Part shown: piece after piece, positions 25,749-39,013 of the stretch
Layout: each line of letters opens with the position of its first letter
Position numbering within the stretch: position 1 is the first letter of the stretch
Source: Octopus sinensis
Taxonomy: Eukaryota
Direction: 5' to 3'
DNA: 64,000 nucleotides
Assembly (NCBI RefSeq): GCF_006345805.1
Contig: NC_043010.1
Coordinates: 65,348,001-65,412,000 of the forward strand
Position numbers and translations under genes: made by a program
Notes under the pieces: model-generated
The model's input: only the letters and a program-made list of their open reading frames with translations
The model's database searches: none
What the model was told of the DNA's origin: nothing

Positions 25749-25958
25749 CAACTTAATGTGACAGTCCCATGAAAGGGAAGAATGCTACTGTTATTTAGCC
25801 CTAGGAAACACCGTTTCCTGTTGGACTTGACACATTTCCTTACCCTTATGAAACATAAGGGCATAGTAAATGTGTCAAATCCAAAAGGAAACGGTGTTTC
25901 TCCTAGGGCTAAATAACAGTAGCATTCTTCCCTTTTATAGAACTGACACATTAAGTTG
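25749..25958. mobile_element. foldback MITE, ~100-bp arms, 3-nt loop
   Basis: CAACTTAATGTG...GAAGAATGCTACTGTTATTTAGCCCTAGG...CCCTTATG-AAA-CATAAGGG...CCTAGGGCTAAATAACAGTAGCATTCTTC...CACATTAAGTTG. Confidence 0.88.
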
Positions 25959-27426
25959 AAGACGGTAAGCTGGTCGAATCGTTAGCACACTGGACATAAT
26001 TTTTATCAGTATTTCTTCCGACTTCACCTTCTGAGTTTAAATGTCACCGAGATCAACTTTGCCTTTCATCTCGTCGGAGTTGATCAAATAAGCAACATTT
26101 GAGAACCTTGTTCTCTGCGATGGACTAGTCACTTCCTTCAATTTCCAAGCTTTGTGCCTACTGCAGAAATGAGCATTATTATCATCATAATCATTATTGT
26201 TGTTGCTGTCATTTGTTCGTTTTGTTTTATTGCCTTTGTTATTATTATTGTTTAGTTGTCTTATTTTTATTGATTCCCTTTTGTGGATTACTGAGCGCAG
26301 TTCTGTGGGCCATTTGTATGTAGAGTGTATTGTTTTAGTTCTGTGTTTTCTATTACATTGAAAGTAATCTATGTTATATGCATGCTCTGCCTAATCAAGC
26401 TATTTGCAGTGTGTCGTGTATATTTTTAATTCCTCGAATTTCTTTGTTATATATTTGTCTGCATGCTTTAATAATTCCCAGTGCAATTCTCATTATTGGA
26501 ATTACATTGTCAATTCTATAGTCATCTTCATTTCCATACCTTTATATTTAGATTTCTATATTTCAATATGGACAATACATTATCATCGGTTCGGAATGTT
26601 ACTACGATGTGAAGGCATTTTCTTTTCTGGTGCTCGCTGACAACAACGTTCGATTGATCTACCATAATCTCCCTATAAGTTTAGATTGGCATATCCTACG
26701 TGAAGGATCTTCTTATCGTCTCTTTACCATGAATTCTGTAACCCTATTGTTTTAGCTTTACTTTTAGGCTTTCCCTAATGAGTCGTTTCTCCATTCTTCT
26801 TAAAATTATCTTTACAACTTCAGTTTTGTATCTGTTATAGTCTCGTTGAGAATAGTCTAACTTTAACATATTAATAAAACAGATTATTGACACCTATTGC
26901 CTAATATTTACTTCTTTCTATGTTATTTACTTATTGCTTTTACATTCGTGTTAAGTATTTAATCTAATCATTCTTTGCCGACCTTTTCATTTGTGCGCGT
27001 TATAGTCTGTTTTCATCCTTAAGTATTTATATGTTTCCTCTAAATTTTGTCTGCTGTTTCTTTATCTCTCAACTGGATAGTTTTTGTCTTGCGCTTTGTT
27101 TGATCTTAAATGGGTTTTATCATCAAATTGTGTGATTTTTGAGAGCTTTCTGCATAACCATTTATCACACAGACTGATTGTGACTAAATAAAGAAAAACA
27201 ATGCTGGAAACATCCTGACACGTTCTTGCTCTCCTATTCCGCTCGGTATACATACACAGTCACATTTTGACGCACGCTCGTGTGTGTCTGCGCGTGTATA
27301 TATGTTTATATGAGGACGAGCTTTTATTGAGTGTGAGTATAAAGATATGTTATGCCATGTATATATATATTATATATTACAATGAGCGACTAAAGTAATG
27401 TATATTTTCATTTCTTTGCCACCCTA

Positions 27427-27568
<142 letters not shown>

Positions 27569-27612
27569 CGCCATCATCATTAGCATCACTATTACGTAGG
27601 TTAACTACTTAC

Positions 27613-28012
27613 ACATGAATTCTCCCAATGTCCACTTTTCTTCTTGGTAAAAATCCAGAACGGCGGCCGGTTGGCAAACAAGTAGATAGATTAGGTCGGT
27701 GAAACTGAGGTTGATTAGACAGAAGTTGGTGTGTGTACGCATCTCCTTCACGCTGAGTACAATAAATATAACGAATATATTACCGCTGACACCAAGAGAA
27801 AATATGATCCCGTTCAGTAAACCAACGTAGAGTTTGATATAAAGAGGTGTTACTAACGGTGTAATGGTGTATGATTGTTGTTCAGTGCAGTTGGCTGTCG
27901 TATAACCGCTGTCGTTGTTGGAACAAGAGATTAGGGTCCTCTCTGGTATTGTTACATTTTCGCTGGCAGGAATGGCAGCCATTGAGGTTTCGTAAGTGAT
28001 GAACGGTTCCAT
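27613..28012 (-). CDS. neuropeptide GPCR, first coding exon: N-terminus, TM1, TM2
   Basis: N-glycosylation sequons NVT, NDS, NCT; TM1 GVSGNIFV (GN); MRTHTNFCLINLSFTDLIYLLVCQP (TM2); WTLGEFMC; T/GTAAGT donor at 27612; three exons sum to 1398 nt = 465 aa + stop. Confidence 0.93.
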
Positions 28013-28045
28013 ATTAACGCTATCAACACTGAATCCACTATGAAC

Positions 28046-28082
28046 CTGTTGAAGAGATGAAAGGGAAAAAAGACTATGTTAG
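28046..28082 (-). promoter_or_regulatory. 3' splice site upstream of the GPCR ATG
   Basis: minus strand CAACTAAC (branch point) ATAGTCTTTTTTCCCTTTCATCTCTTCAACAG/GTT, 33 nt before the ATG. Confidence 0.7.
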
Positions 28083-28499
28083 TTGATACGAAGGAATATA
28101 GGGAAGCTATTTCTTTTTTACAAATCTTGAAGCAAAATTTATATCTAACAAGCATTATTTCAAGCAAATAACAGCAACATCTACAGCGATGCACCATAAA
28201 GTGTAATCGCAGCGGTTATACAAACTCGAAGCAACATATCGTATGTGGTTTGTCTGTTATGTTTTAAATGCCTTGATTATACCAAAGCTTTGATATCTAG
28301 AAGAGATTTGAGCTTAACTTTAAGGAGCAAATTAATGTGAAAAAATTAAGAAAATATTTGTGAAATAAATTGGCTGTGAAGGATAATGCTTGTGAAATAA
28401 TTTGGGATATTGATAAAACAACGCATTCATCAGACGCTGAAATCGATGTAATTGACTAACGCCCTTCTTCAAAACGTGTAACTTGTGATTATGTTAGCA

Positions 28500-29715
28500 G
28501 CATATGTATGTATGCACGTATGTATGTGTGCATGTATTATATATGTATGTATGCATGTATGTATGTATCTATGTATCTATGTATGTATGCATGTATGTAT
28601 GTATTTATGCACGTATGTATGTATGTATGCATGTATGTATGTGTGTATGCATTATATATGTATGTATGCATGTATGTATGTATCTATGTATGTATGTATG
28701 CATGTATGTATGTATTTATGCACGTATGTATGTATGTATGTATGTATGCATGCATGCATGCATGCATGTATGTATATATGTATGTATGTATTTATGTATG
28801 TATGCATGCATGTATGTATGTATGTATGTATGTATGCATGCATGTATGTATGTATGCATGTATGTATGCATGTATGTATGTATGTATGTATATATGTATG
28901 TATGCGTTATGTATCTATGCATGTATGTATGTATTTACGCATATATGCACGTATGCATAAATGTATATATGTATGTCATTATTCAGCTTTATTTCCAGAT
29001 TTTTACAAGTAGAGACAGAACCGGTTTCTAACCTAGATCCAAGTGCCCCTTCATTGGAATTTCAACCACCTCAATAGAGTATTTTATTTTTGCATGTTTC
29101 TGTGGTATATGTGCAGTATTTGGAGGGAGTGCATGTGCAGATTTTAGTGTTTTGTTTTATGTATGTATTCTTATGTATATAGTTGCACATCCAGGCATGT
29201 GCATATATATTTAAATGATAAACTTCCGGGAAGTTTTACAAATTCTTACAGTTCCCGTCATGCCTTGGATCTGTAGTTTTCGAATCACGTATGTATGTAT
29301 GTATGTATGTATGTATGTATGTATGTATGTGTGAATGTATGTATGCATGTATATAAGTATGTTTGTATGTATGTATGTATGTATGTATGTATGTATGTAT
29401 GTATGTATGCATCTATGTATGTATACGTACATGTATGTATGTATGCATGTATGTATGCATATATGTATGTAAGTATGTATGCATACATGTATGTAAGTAT
29501 GTACGCATGTACGTATGTATCTATGTTTGAATGTATGTGTGCATGTATTCGTGAATATATGTATGTATGTTTGTATGTATACATACATGTATGTACGCAT
29601 GTATGTATGCATGCATGTATGTACGTACGTATGCATCTGTGTATGTTTCTATCTATGTATGTATGTATGTATGTATGTATCTATGTATGTATCTATGTAT
29701 GTATGTATGTATATG
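28500..29715. repeat. degenerate (TATG)n arrays flanking the 28975-29288 insert
   Basis: TATG/TGCA/TCTA variants on both sides. Confidence 0.95.
28975..29288 (-). mobile_element. 5'-truncated R4-type LINE, 3' end
   Basis: ORF end VIRKLQIQGMTGTVRICKTSRKFII*; 3' UTR homologous to 53572-53790. Confidence 0.75.
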
Positions 29716-30626
29716 CACTTTAGTTTCGCTAACCAGTTGACCCTGTGCTATGTTGATCAAACGGTGGTCTGTTAAGTTTTTAGCTTAAGAATCGTTAGAG
29801 AATTTTGGTCTCTGCTGCATCACATTGCACACTTGCAAAGCTTGGTTTCGGTTTATGGCTCATTATTTACTGTATTCCATTCAGGCTTATTTCCAAAGTG
29901 AGATGCGCTTTTCAGCTAATCCTAATAACAACTGGTTGCTACCACATTTTTTGTCAATCCATTCTCGAAAAAACAACAACAAAAAATCATAACACAAACA
30001 CACAAATTTGCCCTTGCGCGCGCACACACACACTTCTTCCCAAAAAAGTGTAGCATAATACCCTGCTAGAGAATCATTAAACAGATTTTTAATAATAAAA
30101 TCGCCCCGTGTGGTCTACTTTGCCTTTCATCCTTTGCGTACTGGGGTCGATCTAATCGACTGATCCCCCGCTGAAAAATTTCGAGCCGTGTGCCTAGTGT
30201 AGAAAAGAATAACAAAATCGCCGTAAAAGAAATGCCTGGGTAAATACGATACAGTGTTAACGTCCATCTCTGAGTTCAAAACCCGGTACTGATGAACATT
30301 AATTCTCTTTTGATCACTCCAACTTCTGACCCGCATTTATATCATCACTGCACAATGCCGTTTCTAATGTTTTAGCGGCCTTTACGCCTCAGCTGTGGCC
30401 GGTTTCGTACCCTCACCAGTCAAGCTCATCTCGGCTCACGTCACATTTATATCACCTTATATCCAACTCCAGGCCTCCAGCGGACAACTTCGCTCGGTTC
30501 TTCCTTCTCCGGACGCCTTCCCGTTAACATTCCCCCACTGCTTTTGTATTTCGTGCAGCCGTCGTATTACAAATACGTTAGCAGCTAACAAAGAGAGTTT
30601 CTTAATTAAAAGATTTGACATATATT

Positions 30627-30863
30627 TATTTCTTTGTTGCTCACAAGGGGCTAAACATAGAGGGGACAAACAAGAACAGACAACGAGATTAAGTCGATTA
30701 CATCGACTCCAGTCCGTAACTGGTACTTATTTAACCAACCCCGAAATGATGAAAGGCGAAGTCCACCTCGGCGGAATTTGAACTCAGAACGTAACGGCAG
30801 ACGAAATACGGCTACGCAATTCGCCCGGCGTGCTAACGGTTCTGCCAGCTCGCCGCCCTAAGG
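30627..30863 (-). mobile_element. full-length SINE type A with 13-bp TSD
   Basis: GGCGGCGAGCTGGCAGAA head; TSD TTTGACATATATT at 30614-30626 and 30864-30876. Confidence 0.92.
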
Positions 30864-31041
30864 TTTGACATATATTATTGATAGAATCGATATCTTCTAA
30901 TTATTTTTATAATTTGGATTACTCTCTGCTTTTGTAATGTCATTGAAAAAGAATGAATAATACTTCTTTACAAGTAGATATGAGTTCGTGTCTATATGTA
31001 GTATGTATGAATGTATGTGTACGCACACATACATATGTGTG

Positions 31042-31074
<33 letters not shown>

Positions 31075-31948
31075 TACTTAATAAACAATGACTGCTACAA
31101 AACTAATCTCGTGACTTCTCTGAAGAATTTACTGAAATTGTGATTTTTTCCCACTTTTTTTAAACATGAATATATACAAAATGTGTGTGAACGTGTGGGA
31201 GCACGTGCACGCGCGTGTGAATGTGTTTCTGTCCGTCTCTATATGGAACGGTGGAAAAGGGAATATATATAAACACACTTACAAATACACAAAACACTTA
31301 GAAGCACACACACACACACGCAAAGCACACACACATACATAAAACACTTCAACGCGCGCAAACACACACACACACACACAAATATACAAAAATACACGCT
31401 CACACATTCACATGACATATACGCTTATATACGTATTCCGACATAGGAAGACATTTTGCTTTCGTGAATAAGAACTCCCAGCAGTTTTCATTTGCTCATT
31501 TTAGAAGGAAGTCTTTTGAGATGAAGACAAGAAGAAAAACATTCGGGAATTTATGAACGTGTAAGCATGTTGGACAATCTTCAGTTCTATTTTACTTGGT
31601 CTCTTGTGAACTGACGGCTTCCCGTTCAATTGTGTGTTTTGTTGAATGCCTAATTACGAGCGAAAATAGAACATTTCCGTTGTACACAATGTATATTAGA
31701 CAATGATGGATGGTTCACTGGGATAGGTAGCCAAAGAAATACACACAAATACACATATACACACACTCACGTCTCTTGTCTCTTGTAAGATAGATAGATA
31801 TATAGATAGATACATACATACATACATACATACATAAACAGACATATATATATGTATGTATGTGTGTGTATATATATATGTGTGTGTGTGTGTCTGTCTG
31901 TCTGTGTGTGTGTATGTATGTATGTAAGCGTATATATATATATATATA

Positions 31949-32465
31949 CTAGCAGTATCGCCCGGCGTTGCTCGGGTTTGTAAGGGAAATAACTATATAA
32001 GCATTTTTAGAGAGTTACTTCCTTTATAGATGCCAATTCGGGCTTTCTTAGCCATTTCTGTTTTGGTGTCTTCAAGCCATGAAGTCGTTGTTCTAAAAGA
32101 ACGCTGGTCTCCTTGACAACGCATTACGACGTTGATTTCCTTAAACTCCCTTCCCCACAGCTTCACGAGGGAGGGAAGAAGGGGGAGAAGCAAACACAGG
32201 TGCAGGTGTTTGAGCGTGGACGCCAACTCCGCCGCCATCGACACACGAAAAATTATGCATTAAAATGGAATAAAAAATGATGTTAAATTATTTTTAAAAT
32301 CGTAGACTCATCGTAGACGCGCGCTAATAGCCAGACGGGCTCGATATTAATCACGACTATAAGATACCCGAATTTGGTTAAACTGCACCGCAAAATGTGG
32401 GAGGAGTTAGGAATCTAAATCGTAGGAGACAGACACTCACACAACTACAGTTTTATATATATAGA
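31949..32465 (-). mobile_element. non-autonomous Helitron
   Basis: minus strand A/TCTATATATATAAAA...CCCGAGCAACGCCGGG hairpin-CGATACTG-CTAG/T: 5' TC, 3' hairpin plus CTAG, AT target. Confidence 0.85.
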
Positions 32466-32489
32466 TATGTACAAAATGAGACAAGAACG

Positions 32490-32770
32490 GAAAACATTCA
32501 GATAGGTGATACATGAAAGAGACAACAAAACATCCAGACAGATGATACAAAAAAACAAGGACGGTCGTTCGGAGTTTTCTTTCCCAGTCGAGTTCCAGAT
32601 TGTCTTTGCAATTTTGGCTGGTTATACTCGAGATCGCTCCAATCTGGCCAACCCCAAGGAAAAACTAAGCTAAGATCATTAGATTCCTTGGAAGAAAGCA
32701 GGTGTGTATAAAAGTGTGTTAGTGTTCCTATGGGTGTTTGTTTCTGAAATGGACGTGCATTGTGCATGTG
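32490..32770 (-). mobile_element. unclassified interspersed repeat (second copy 49760-50025, +), possibly a LINE 3' UTR
   Basis: shared TTCTTCCA.G.AATCTA...CTTAGTTTTTCC...TGGCC.GAT...CAGCC.AAATT...GTCCTTGTTT. Confidence 0.55.
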
Positions 32771-33355
32771 GATTGTTGAATGCTATAAAGACCCTATACA
32801 AGAAGTCGTATGTATATATTTCGTGTAGTCAGAAGCTTCGTGAAACGTAACTCAGAGTTTCACGTTACCATTTATTTATTAAAACAGCAGTGTAATAATA
32901 TATAATCGCAAATAGGTTTTATTAAATAACAAGATAAATATTTGAAAATGTGTCACGTATTCATAAGCGCAATTGTCATACATGCAACGAGCGATGACTT
33001 CCTCATTTTATTTATTTTAATGCAAAACGTTATATTTTCTGGTTTTCGATCTCATATGTTAGAAATACACTAAAGGACACAAAGCGGATATCCTTGATGA
33101 ATAAATTAATGCTTTGTTTCATTCTTTATTATATAACTATCTTTCTGGTTATAATAAGTTCATTATGTGGCAAACAAGCTTTGTTAACCAGTTGTGTTTT
33201 GGTCAAATAAACAATCTTGGGAGTGTTTGAATATTTCAACAATTCTAATCTTTTGTTTAAAATTGTAAAAGAAGTAACTGTGACTTACAATTCGAAAAGG
33301 TTCTTCTGTAATTCAAATTGCTTTGTAACCCCATTGTGTAATTCACAGTTGTTAT

Positions 33356-33738
33356 CTTGAAGCACTCCGTCGGTTACGACGACAAGGGTTCCGGTTGATC
33401 CGATCAACGGAACAGCCTGCTCGTGAAATTAACGTGTAAGTGGCTGAGCACTCCACAGACACGTGTACCCTTAACGTAGTTCTCGGGGATATTCAGCGTG
33501 ACACAGAGAGTGACAAGGCCGGCCCTTTGAAATAAAGGTACAACAGAAACAGGAAGTAAGAGTGAGAGAAAGTTGTGGTGAAAGGGTACAGCAGGGATCA
33601 CCACCATCCCTGCCGGAGCCTCGTGGAGCTTTAGGTGTTTTCGCTCAATAAACACTCACAACGCCCGGTCTGGGAATCGAAACCGCGATCCTACGACCGC
33701 GAGTCCGCTGCCCTAACCACTGGGCCATTGCGCCTTCC
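33356..33738 (-). mobile_element. full-length tRNA-derived SINE, type C, with 13-bp TSD
   Basis: head GGCGCAATGGCCCAGTGGTTAGGGCAGCGG (A box)...GGTTTCGATTCCC (B box); TSD TCACAGTTGTTAT at 33343-33355 and 33739-33751. Confidence 0.9.
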
Positions 33739-34429
33739 TCACAGTTGTTATAAGAAGCAGAGATCATAATTTCTGACACTATTAACATAGTAGAATTGTT
33801 TATTGTTATGAATCTGTTGATTTCCCGATTATCAATGTTACGCTATATTCTTCGCCAGATACATTTGAAAACTTAACTGCGACGAAATTTTTTAATCGAC
33901 CCTCATATATATGACTATTTGTTTCACTGTCATCAGCAAGAGTGGCCTTAAAATGACATACAAATGCTGTAAAAAGACAGATATTAAGATTGTTGCTATC
34001 ATAAAGATGAGGAGAATTTTGTATATTTGTACTGAAATGGTTTCTTTAGTTGACACTGGATAAAAAGCCTGCAAAGTCTTTCACTAAACTCATTTTATAT
34101 CTCATTTTAAATTATTATCCATTAAATATTTTAAATTAACTGCAGTCTACGGGGCAAAGATGATGTTTACGAAGTTTAAATTATAAGGATGAGTATACCG
34201 TATAATTATATAATATATACCATATACTATTTCGTCCCCCCATACCATATACTATTTTGTCCCCCTATTTTAGCGTTTGTGAGTATTAGTATTGTTCTCA
34301 GTGTAATGTGTTCCATCCATACAACCACTATCTTTCAGTAAGTTATTATAAGAATGAGTAGCACAGATATAGGATCACCGCTAAGGATAAGCTTTGTAAA
34401 ATCTTTCTAATGTTATTTACTACAGATAA

Positions 34430-34565
34430 GGCTGTAAGTTGGCAGGATCGTTAGCACGCCGGATGAAATACTTAGCAGCATTTCGTCCGCCTTTATGATC
34501 TGCGTTCAAATTCCGTCGAGGACGACTTTGCCTTTCATCCTTTTGGGTCGATAAAGTACCACTCC
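34430..34565 (+). mobile_element. SINE type A, partial
   Basis: GGCAGGATCGTTAGCACGCCGG...GTTCAAATTCCG...GACTTTGCCTTTCATCC. Confidence 0.8.
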
Positions 34566-34699
34566 CCAGCCCCTGAAATATATATATATATATATAACTG
34601 CATAACAATGTTGGGTGTGACTTGAGGGTGATTTTGATGCTATTTCTGTCAAATGCCATTAACAATATGTCAGAAAAGCGGGTGAAAGACCTTATGAAA

Positions 34700-35100
34700 T
34701 ATCTCTGAATTTCTGAATCCCTGCCAAGATATCAGCTTGATTATCACCAGTGTCAAAGCAACGACAATGCTGGGCCAATGTATTGAGCATTCTCCTGCCA
34801 TAATCATTTACATCTGCGGACTAGAGATACTCCACCAGTTCACAAATCTCGGTTCTTTGCACTTTCTGAAACCAACGCATGTATTGAAAGAACAGCTCGC
34901 AACACTAGCCAAGTTAGTAATAATAGCCTCTGAGATCATGGTGCATGCCGAGGTTTCTATCTACGGAGCCTATATCACTGACATTCTGCTTTATCACAGC
35001 AAGTTTCGGAGCGACATATATAAACAAGCGCGGCGTCTTAAAGACTTCAACTTTTGCAGTTTGAGATACATCCTGGATCATCTCGTTCACTGACCAAGCC
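34700..35100 (+). mobile_element. RTE-type LINE remnant
   Basis: LEILHQFTNLGS...VSIYGAYITDILLY...YKQARRLKDFNFCSLRYIL matches the RTE post-RT region. Confidence 0.65.
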
Positions 35101-35896
35101 ACTAAAAACGAATTTCTGACTCGTATCTAGGCACTCTTCCTGCTCCAAAAATGTACAGGAGACAAAAACAAAATGCTATTGTATGGATTTAATTTGAAAT
35201 CAAAACTGAATTGTCATTTTGTCGCTTCTACTGACTATGTGAACAATGAGCAATCAAGAAAATGTTTGAAAAATTATTTGTGCTAAGTGAATAGTAACCG
35301 GTGTTAATGATATAATGTACAAACCAAATCATGAGATGCATCAATAGTATACAGAAACTGTTATTAATAATACAAAGACTGTATCTCTAATTTTGATGGA
35401 TTTTGCGAATGACTCAAATGAAGGGAAACAAACAAGCGCATTTATCCACAAAATCAATTGAACACACGCCATTTTTAATAAAGAATTTATAGAAACGGAA
35501 GCAAACAAGCCATTTTTCTATAAAATAGAAATATAGAAATTAACAGCAAAATTTCCCCAATTTCCCAAATATACCACAAACTTTAGGCTTTGCTTTAATT
35601 TCAGAAACATCTGTTTTCATAAAAGAATCAGAATCAACATGAGCGAACGATACAAGAATGGAACGCCAGAAGAAGACGCTAGTGTTTGAACAATCTGAAA
35701 AAGTTATAAAGGAAAGACCCCTTAACCAAATGCATCTGTGGAAACTATTCCCAAACGAGAGTCAAAGGTGGAGTATATTTAATAGCGAAAGCTATACCAG
35801 ATCAAGTTCCATTTGCAGCAAAATATCGAGATTAAAAGGTCATTGCTGCTGTACATCGTGTGGTGTCTTTGTATGTAATACAAACATATACGTGAG

Positions 35897-35899
<3 letters not shown>

Positions 35900-35930
<31 letters not shown>

Positions 35931-36148
35931 TGTATGTATGTATGTATGTATGTATGAATGTATGTATGTATGTGTGTATTTATGTATGTATGTATGTATG
36001 AATGTATGTATGTATGTGTGTATGTATGTACGTATGTATGTATGTATGTGTGTATGTATGTAAGTATGTACGTATGTATGTATGTATGTATGTATGTATG
36101 TATGTATGTATGTATGTATGTATGTATGTATGTATGTATGTATGTATG
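35900..36148. repeat. (TATG)n microsatellite
   Basis: direct. Confidence 0.97.
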
Positions 36149-38282
36149 GTAATAGCTACATTTATTTAAAATGTCGAAATTGCCGCAATGTAGTAATTTT
36201 AAACGATAATATATGAATGTATATATAAGCTGAAGTAATGTCAATAACAAATTATTTTTATTTAGTTTGACAACTGTACAGATTCCTTTTTTTTTCTATC
36301 AGAAACTTTCTACAGTGTTAAAGCAGAACAGATTTAGTTATAGGCATAGGCATTTCTATGGAGATATTTTCTCTAATACTTCTATGAAAATTCTCTTAAA
36401 CAACTGACCTAATCAAGGTACGCGCAGAATGATCGAACCGTCTGTTAAGCATTCGTTATTTGTTCGTGTATTATTGGCCTATAGATAAATATCGAACATT
36501 TATTATTACATCATAGGGCGGACCCGGTTATTAAGCGAGCCACCTTCAGCCTTTTTTATGGGAGACTTGGCCGACTTCCTCTCTCCCTATCAGCCAAAGT
36601 AAAGGACACCGTGAAGAGTACGTACTTAAAAAAATATGAAAACTGAGCTTGTCTTCTCAGACCAACACCTAATAAACTACTTCAAGCGTCACTTGAGGTG
36701 TAAGGAAAGGTTAATAATGGAGATGGTGATGCTCTACAGTAAATTCTATGTCAAGCGTACTATTGATTTGATATACACTACCGTCAGAAATTAATTAGCA
36801 CCCTTGATTTGCTCTTCACTCAAGGTATGTGCTGTCACCTAGTGGCCATATCTCGAACTATTGCTTTGTTGCGAGTTCACTGTTGCGCAGAACGATGACG
36901 TAACTTTGTTTGCAGAGCAGTTTGAGAGTCTACAGCCTTATGATGTTGACATAGCAGTGCAACAACAACTTGGAGTGCGGATGCGGACAAATCTTCCTCG
37001 CAAGGACCGAAATCACACCATACTAAGTTTTCTCATCGCGTAAGACGTTTTGAACAGCTCATAGGTTAATTGATTTAACCTATTTAATGTAGAAATTTGA
37101 GAAGTGCTAATTAATTTCTGACGCAAGTGTATAGTATACTATAACTATATGGATGGTTGTAGATTGGCAGTAAGCACCAAAAGGTATCTGCTTTTCTGCC
37201 AAAGTAATCCGCTATTGTGTGTGGAATACCTTCAATCTTCCGTTTGTGGTCCTTCCTCTTCCGTTGCTCCTTTCTGTGTCTTATTTTGTTGTACCCTACT
37301 CTTGGTATTATATGCTTGTACTGTTGTTCTTTATCTCACTTCTTCATTTTGGTGCAAATATCCCATTGTTTCTTGCTTGTTGTTCTCCTTTGCATTTTCC
37401 GCACCAATGCCTTGGACCCTTCTGGCCAACAAAAACGGAAAAGATGTCATCAATATTATTATTAAACTAATAGAAAACTAGGCAATCATATAGGATGGAA
37501 TTTTGTTGCATGAGGACATGCATGTTGTTTTAAACCAGAATAGAAGCAGTTGTTTTTATTAAATCTAGCTCATCGACCAAGTCAAATAAGGATTCGGTGG
37601 CTATTTAAAGAAATGTACAGTTTGTAAATTGATCGTTTTATCTCTCTCTCTCTCTCCTTCTCTTTTTCTTTCTTTCCCTTCTCTCTCTCTCTTTCTCTCT
37701 TACTCTCTCTCTCTCTCTCTTACTCTCTCTCTCTCTCTCTCTCTATCACTGTTTCCCACTATGAGAGAGAGTCTCTTTGATTGGCCTGCGGTAATATGCT
37801 AATAGTATAGGTTAAGGTCTTTCACAAGTGAAACAGTTCTGATGAATAACTCACACGACTGCCTCAGGCTAAGCTGAAATAACTATTTCACACATCACTC
37901 TTATTTTAATTACACTGTCAAATCTGAAGAAGAAAATTCCATTTCGCTTCGTCGTCGTCGATCTTAATCTTTTTCAGTCAGTCACTCTCTTGCAATTGTT
38001 ATATTCGTTTGAATTCCATGGTAGTCGTTGCTGGGTGTTTTGGGGTTTCGGCAAACAGAAATGGAAAGACAGGTTCTTTAATCATTCAAATTCCACCAAA
38101 GTAAATTGTAACATTCGTCCCTCCAGCGTCGACAGAATAAAGTACCAGTTAAATACTGGAGTTGATGGTATCGAACTAGCTCATCCCCACCCCTCAAAAC
38201 CTCGAAATTTTACTGGTCTTTTACTAAGTCAGAAACCATCCCCACTAATCCGACGCCCCTGCGGCAAACAAAAACTCATCAA

Positions 38283-38301
38283 CATCATCATCATCATCAT
38301 C

Positions 38302-38357
<56 letters not shown>

Positions 38358-38412
38358 TATCTTCATCATCATCATCATCATCATCATCGTCATCATCATC
38401 ATCATCATCAAC
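38283..38412. repeat. (CAT)n microsatellite
   Basis: direct; source of the poly-Ile and poly-Met pseudo-ORFs. Confidence 0.97.
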
Positions 38413-38939
38413 AACATCATCCTCTTTATTATAAGACGATGGGGCGCCAGAATCGTTAGAGCGTCATAAAAATGATTTGTCGCATTTATCCCGGCTCTTT
38501 ACCATCTGAGTTCAAATCGCGACGAAGCCAAATTTACTATTCATCCTTCCAGAGATGATGAAATAAATTGACAGCTTAGTGTTGAGATTGATATTATCGA
38601 CTAATCACCTCCGCATTAAATTGCAAGCCTTCTGGCTAAATCCAAATAAAGGGTGACGAAGTAGCGGAATTGCTAGTGTGCCGGATAAATTACCAAGATA
38701 TCGCTAATTAGTTCCCTCTCTCTTTTACTCTTTTACTCTTTTACTTCTTTCAGTAATTTGTCTGCGGCCATGCTGGAGCACCGCCTTTAATCGAGCAACT
38801 CGACCCCGGGATTTATTCTTTTGTAAGCCCAGTACTTATTCTATCGGTCTCTTTTGCCGAACCGCTAAGTAACGGGGACATAAACACACCAGCATCGGTT
38901 GTCAAGCAATGCTAGGGGGACAAACACACACACGCATAT

Positions 38940-39009
<70 letters not shown>

Positions 39010-39013
<4 letters not shown>

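Noticed and set aside
27952-28197. Overlapping upstream ORF (81 aa) on the GPCR strand
   Set aside because: Its ATG lies upstream of the strong acceptor at 28046, so it is probably intronic.
33660-33738. tRNA gene
   Set aside because: A and B boxes continue into a SINE body flanked by a TSD; same reasoning for type A and B SINE heads.
36861-37043. RT fragment (AQNDDVTLFAEQFESLQ)
   Set aside because: Resembles a YADD-region remnant but is too short and degenerate to call.
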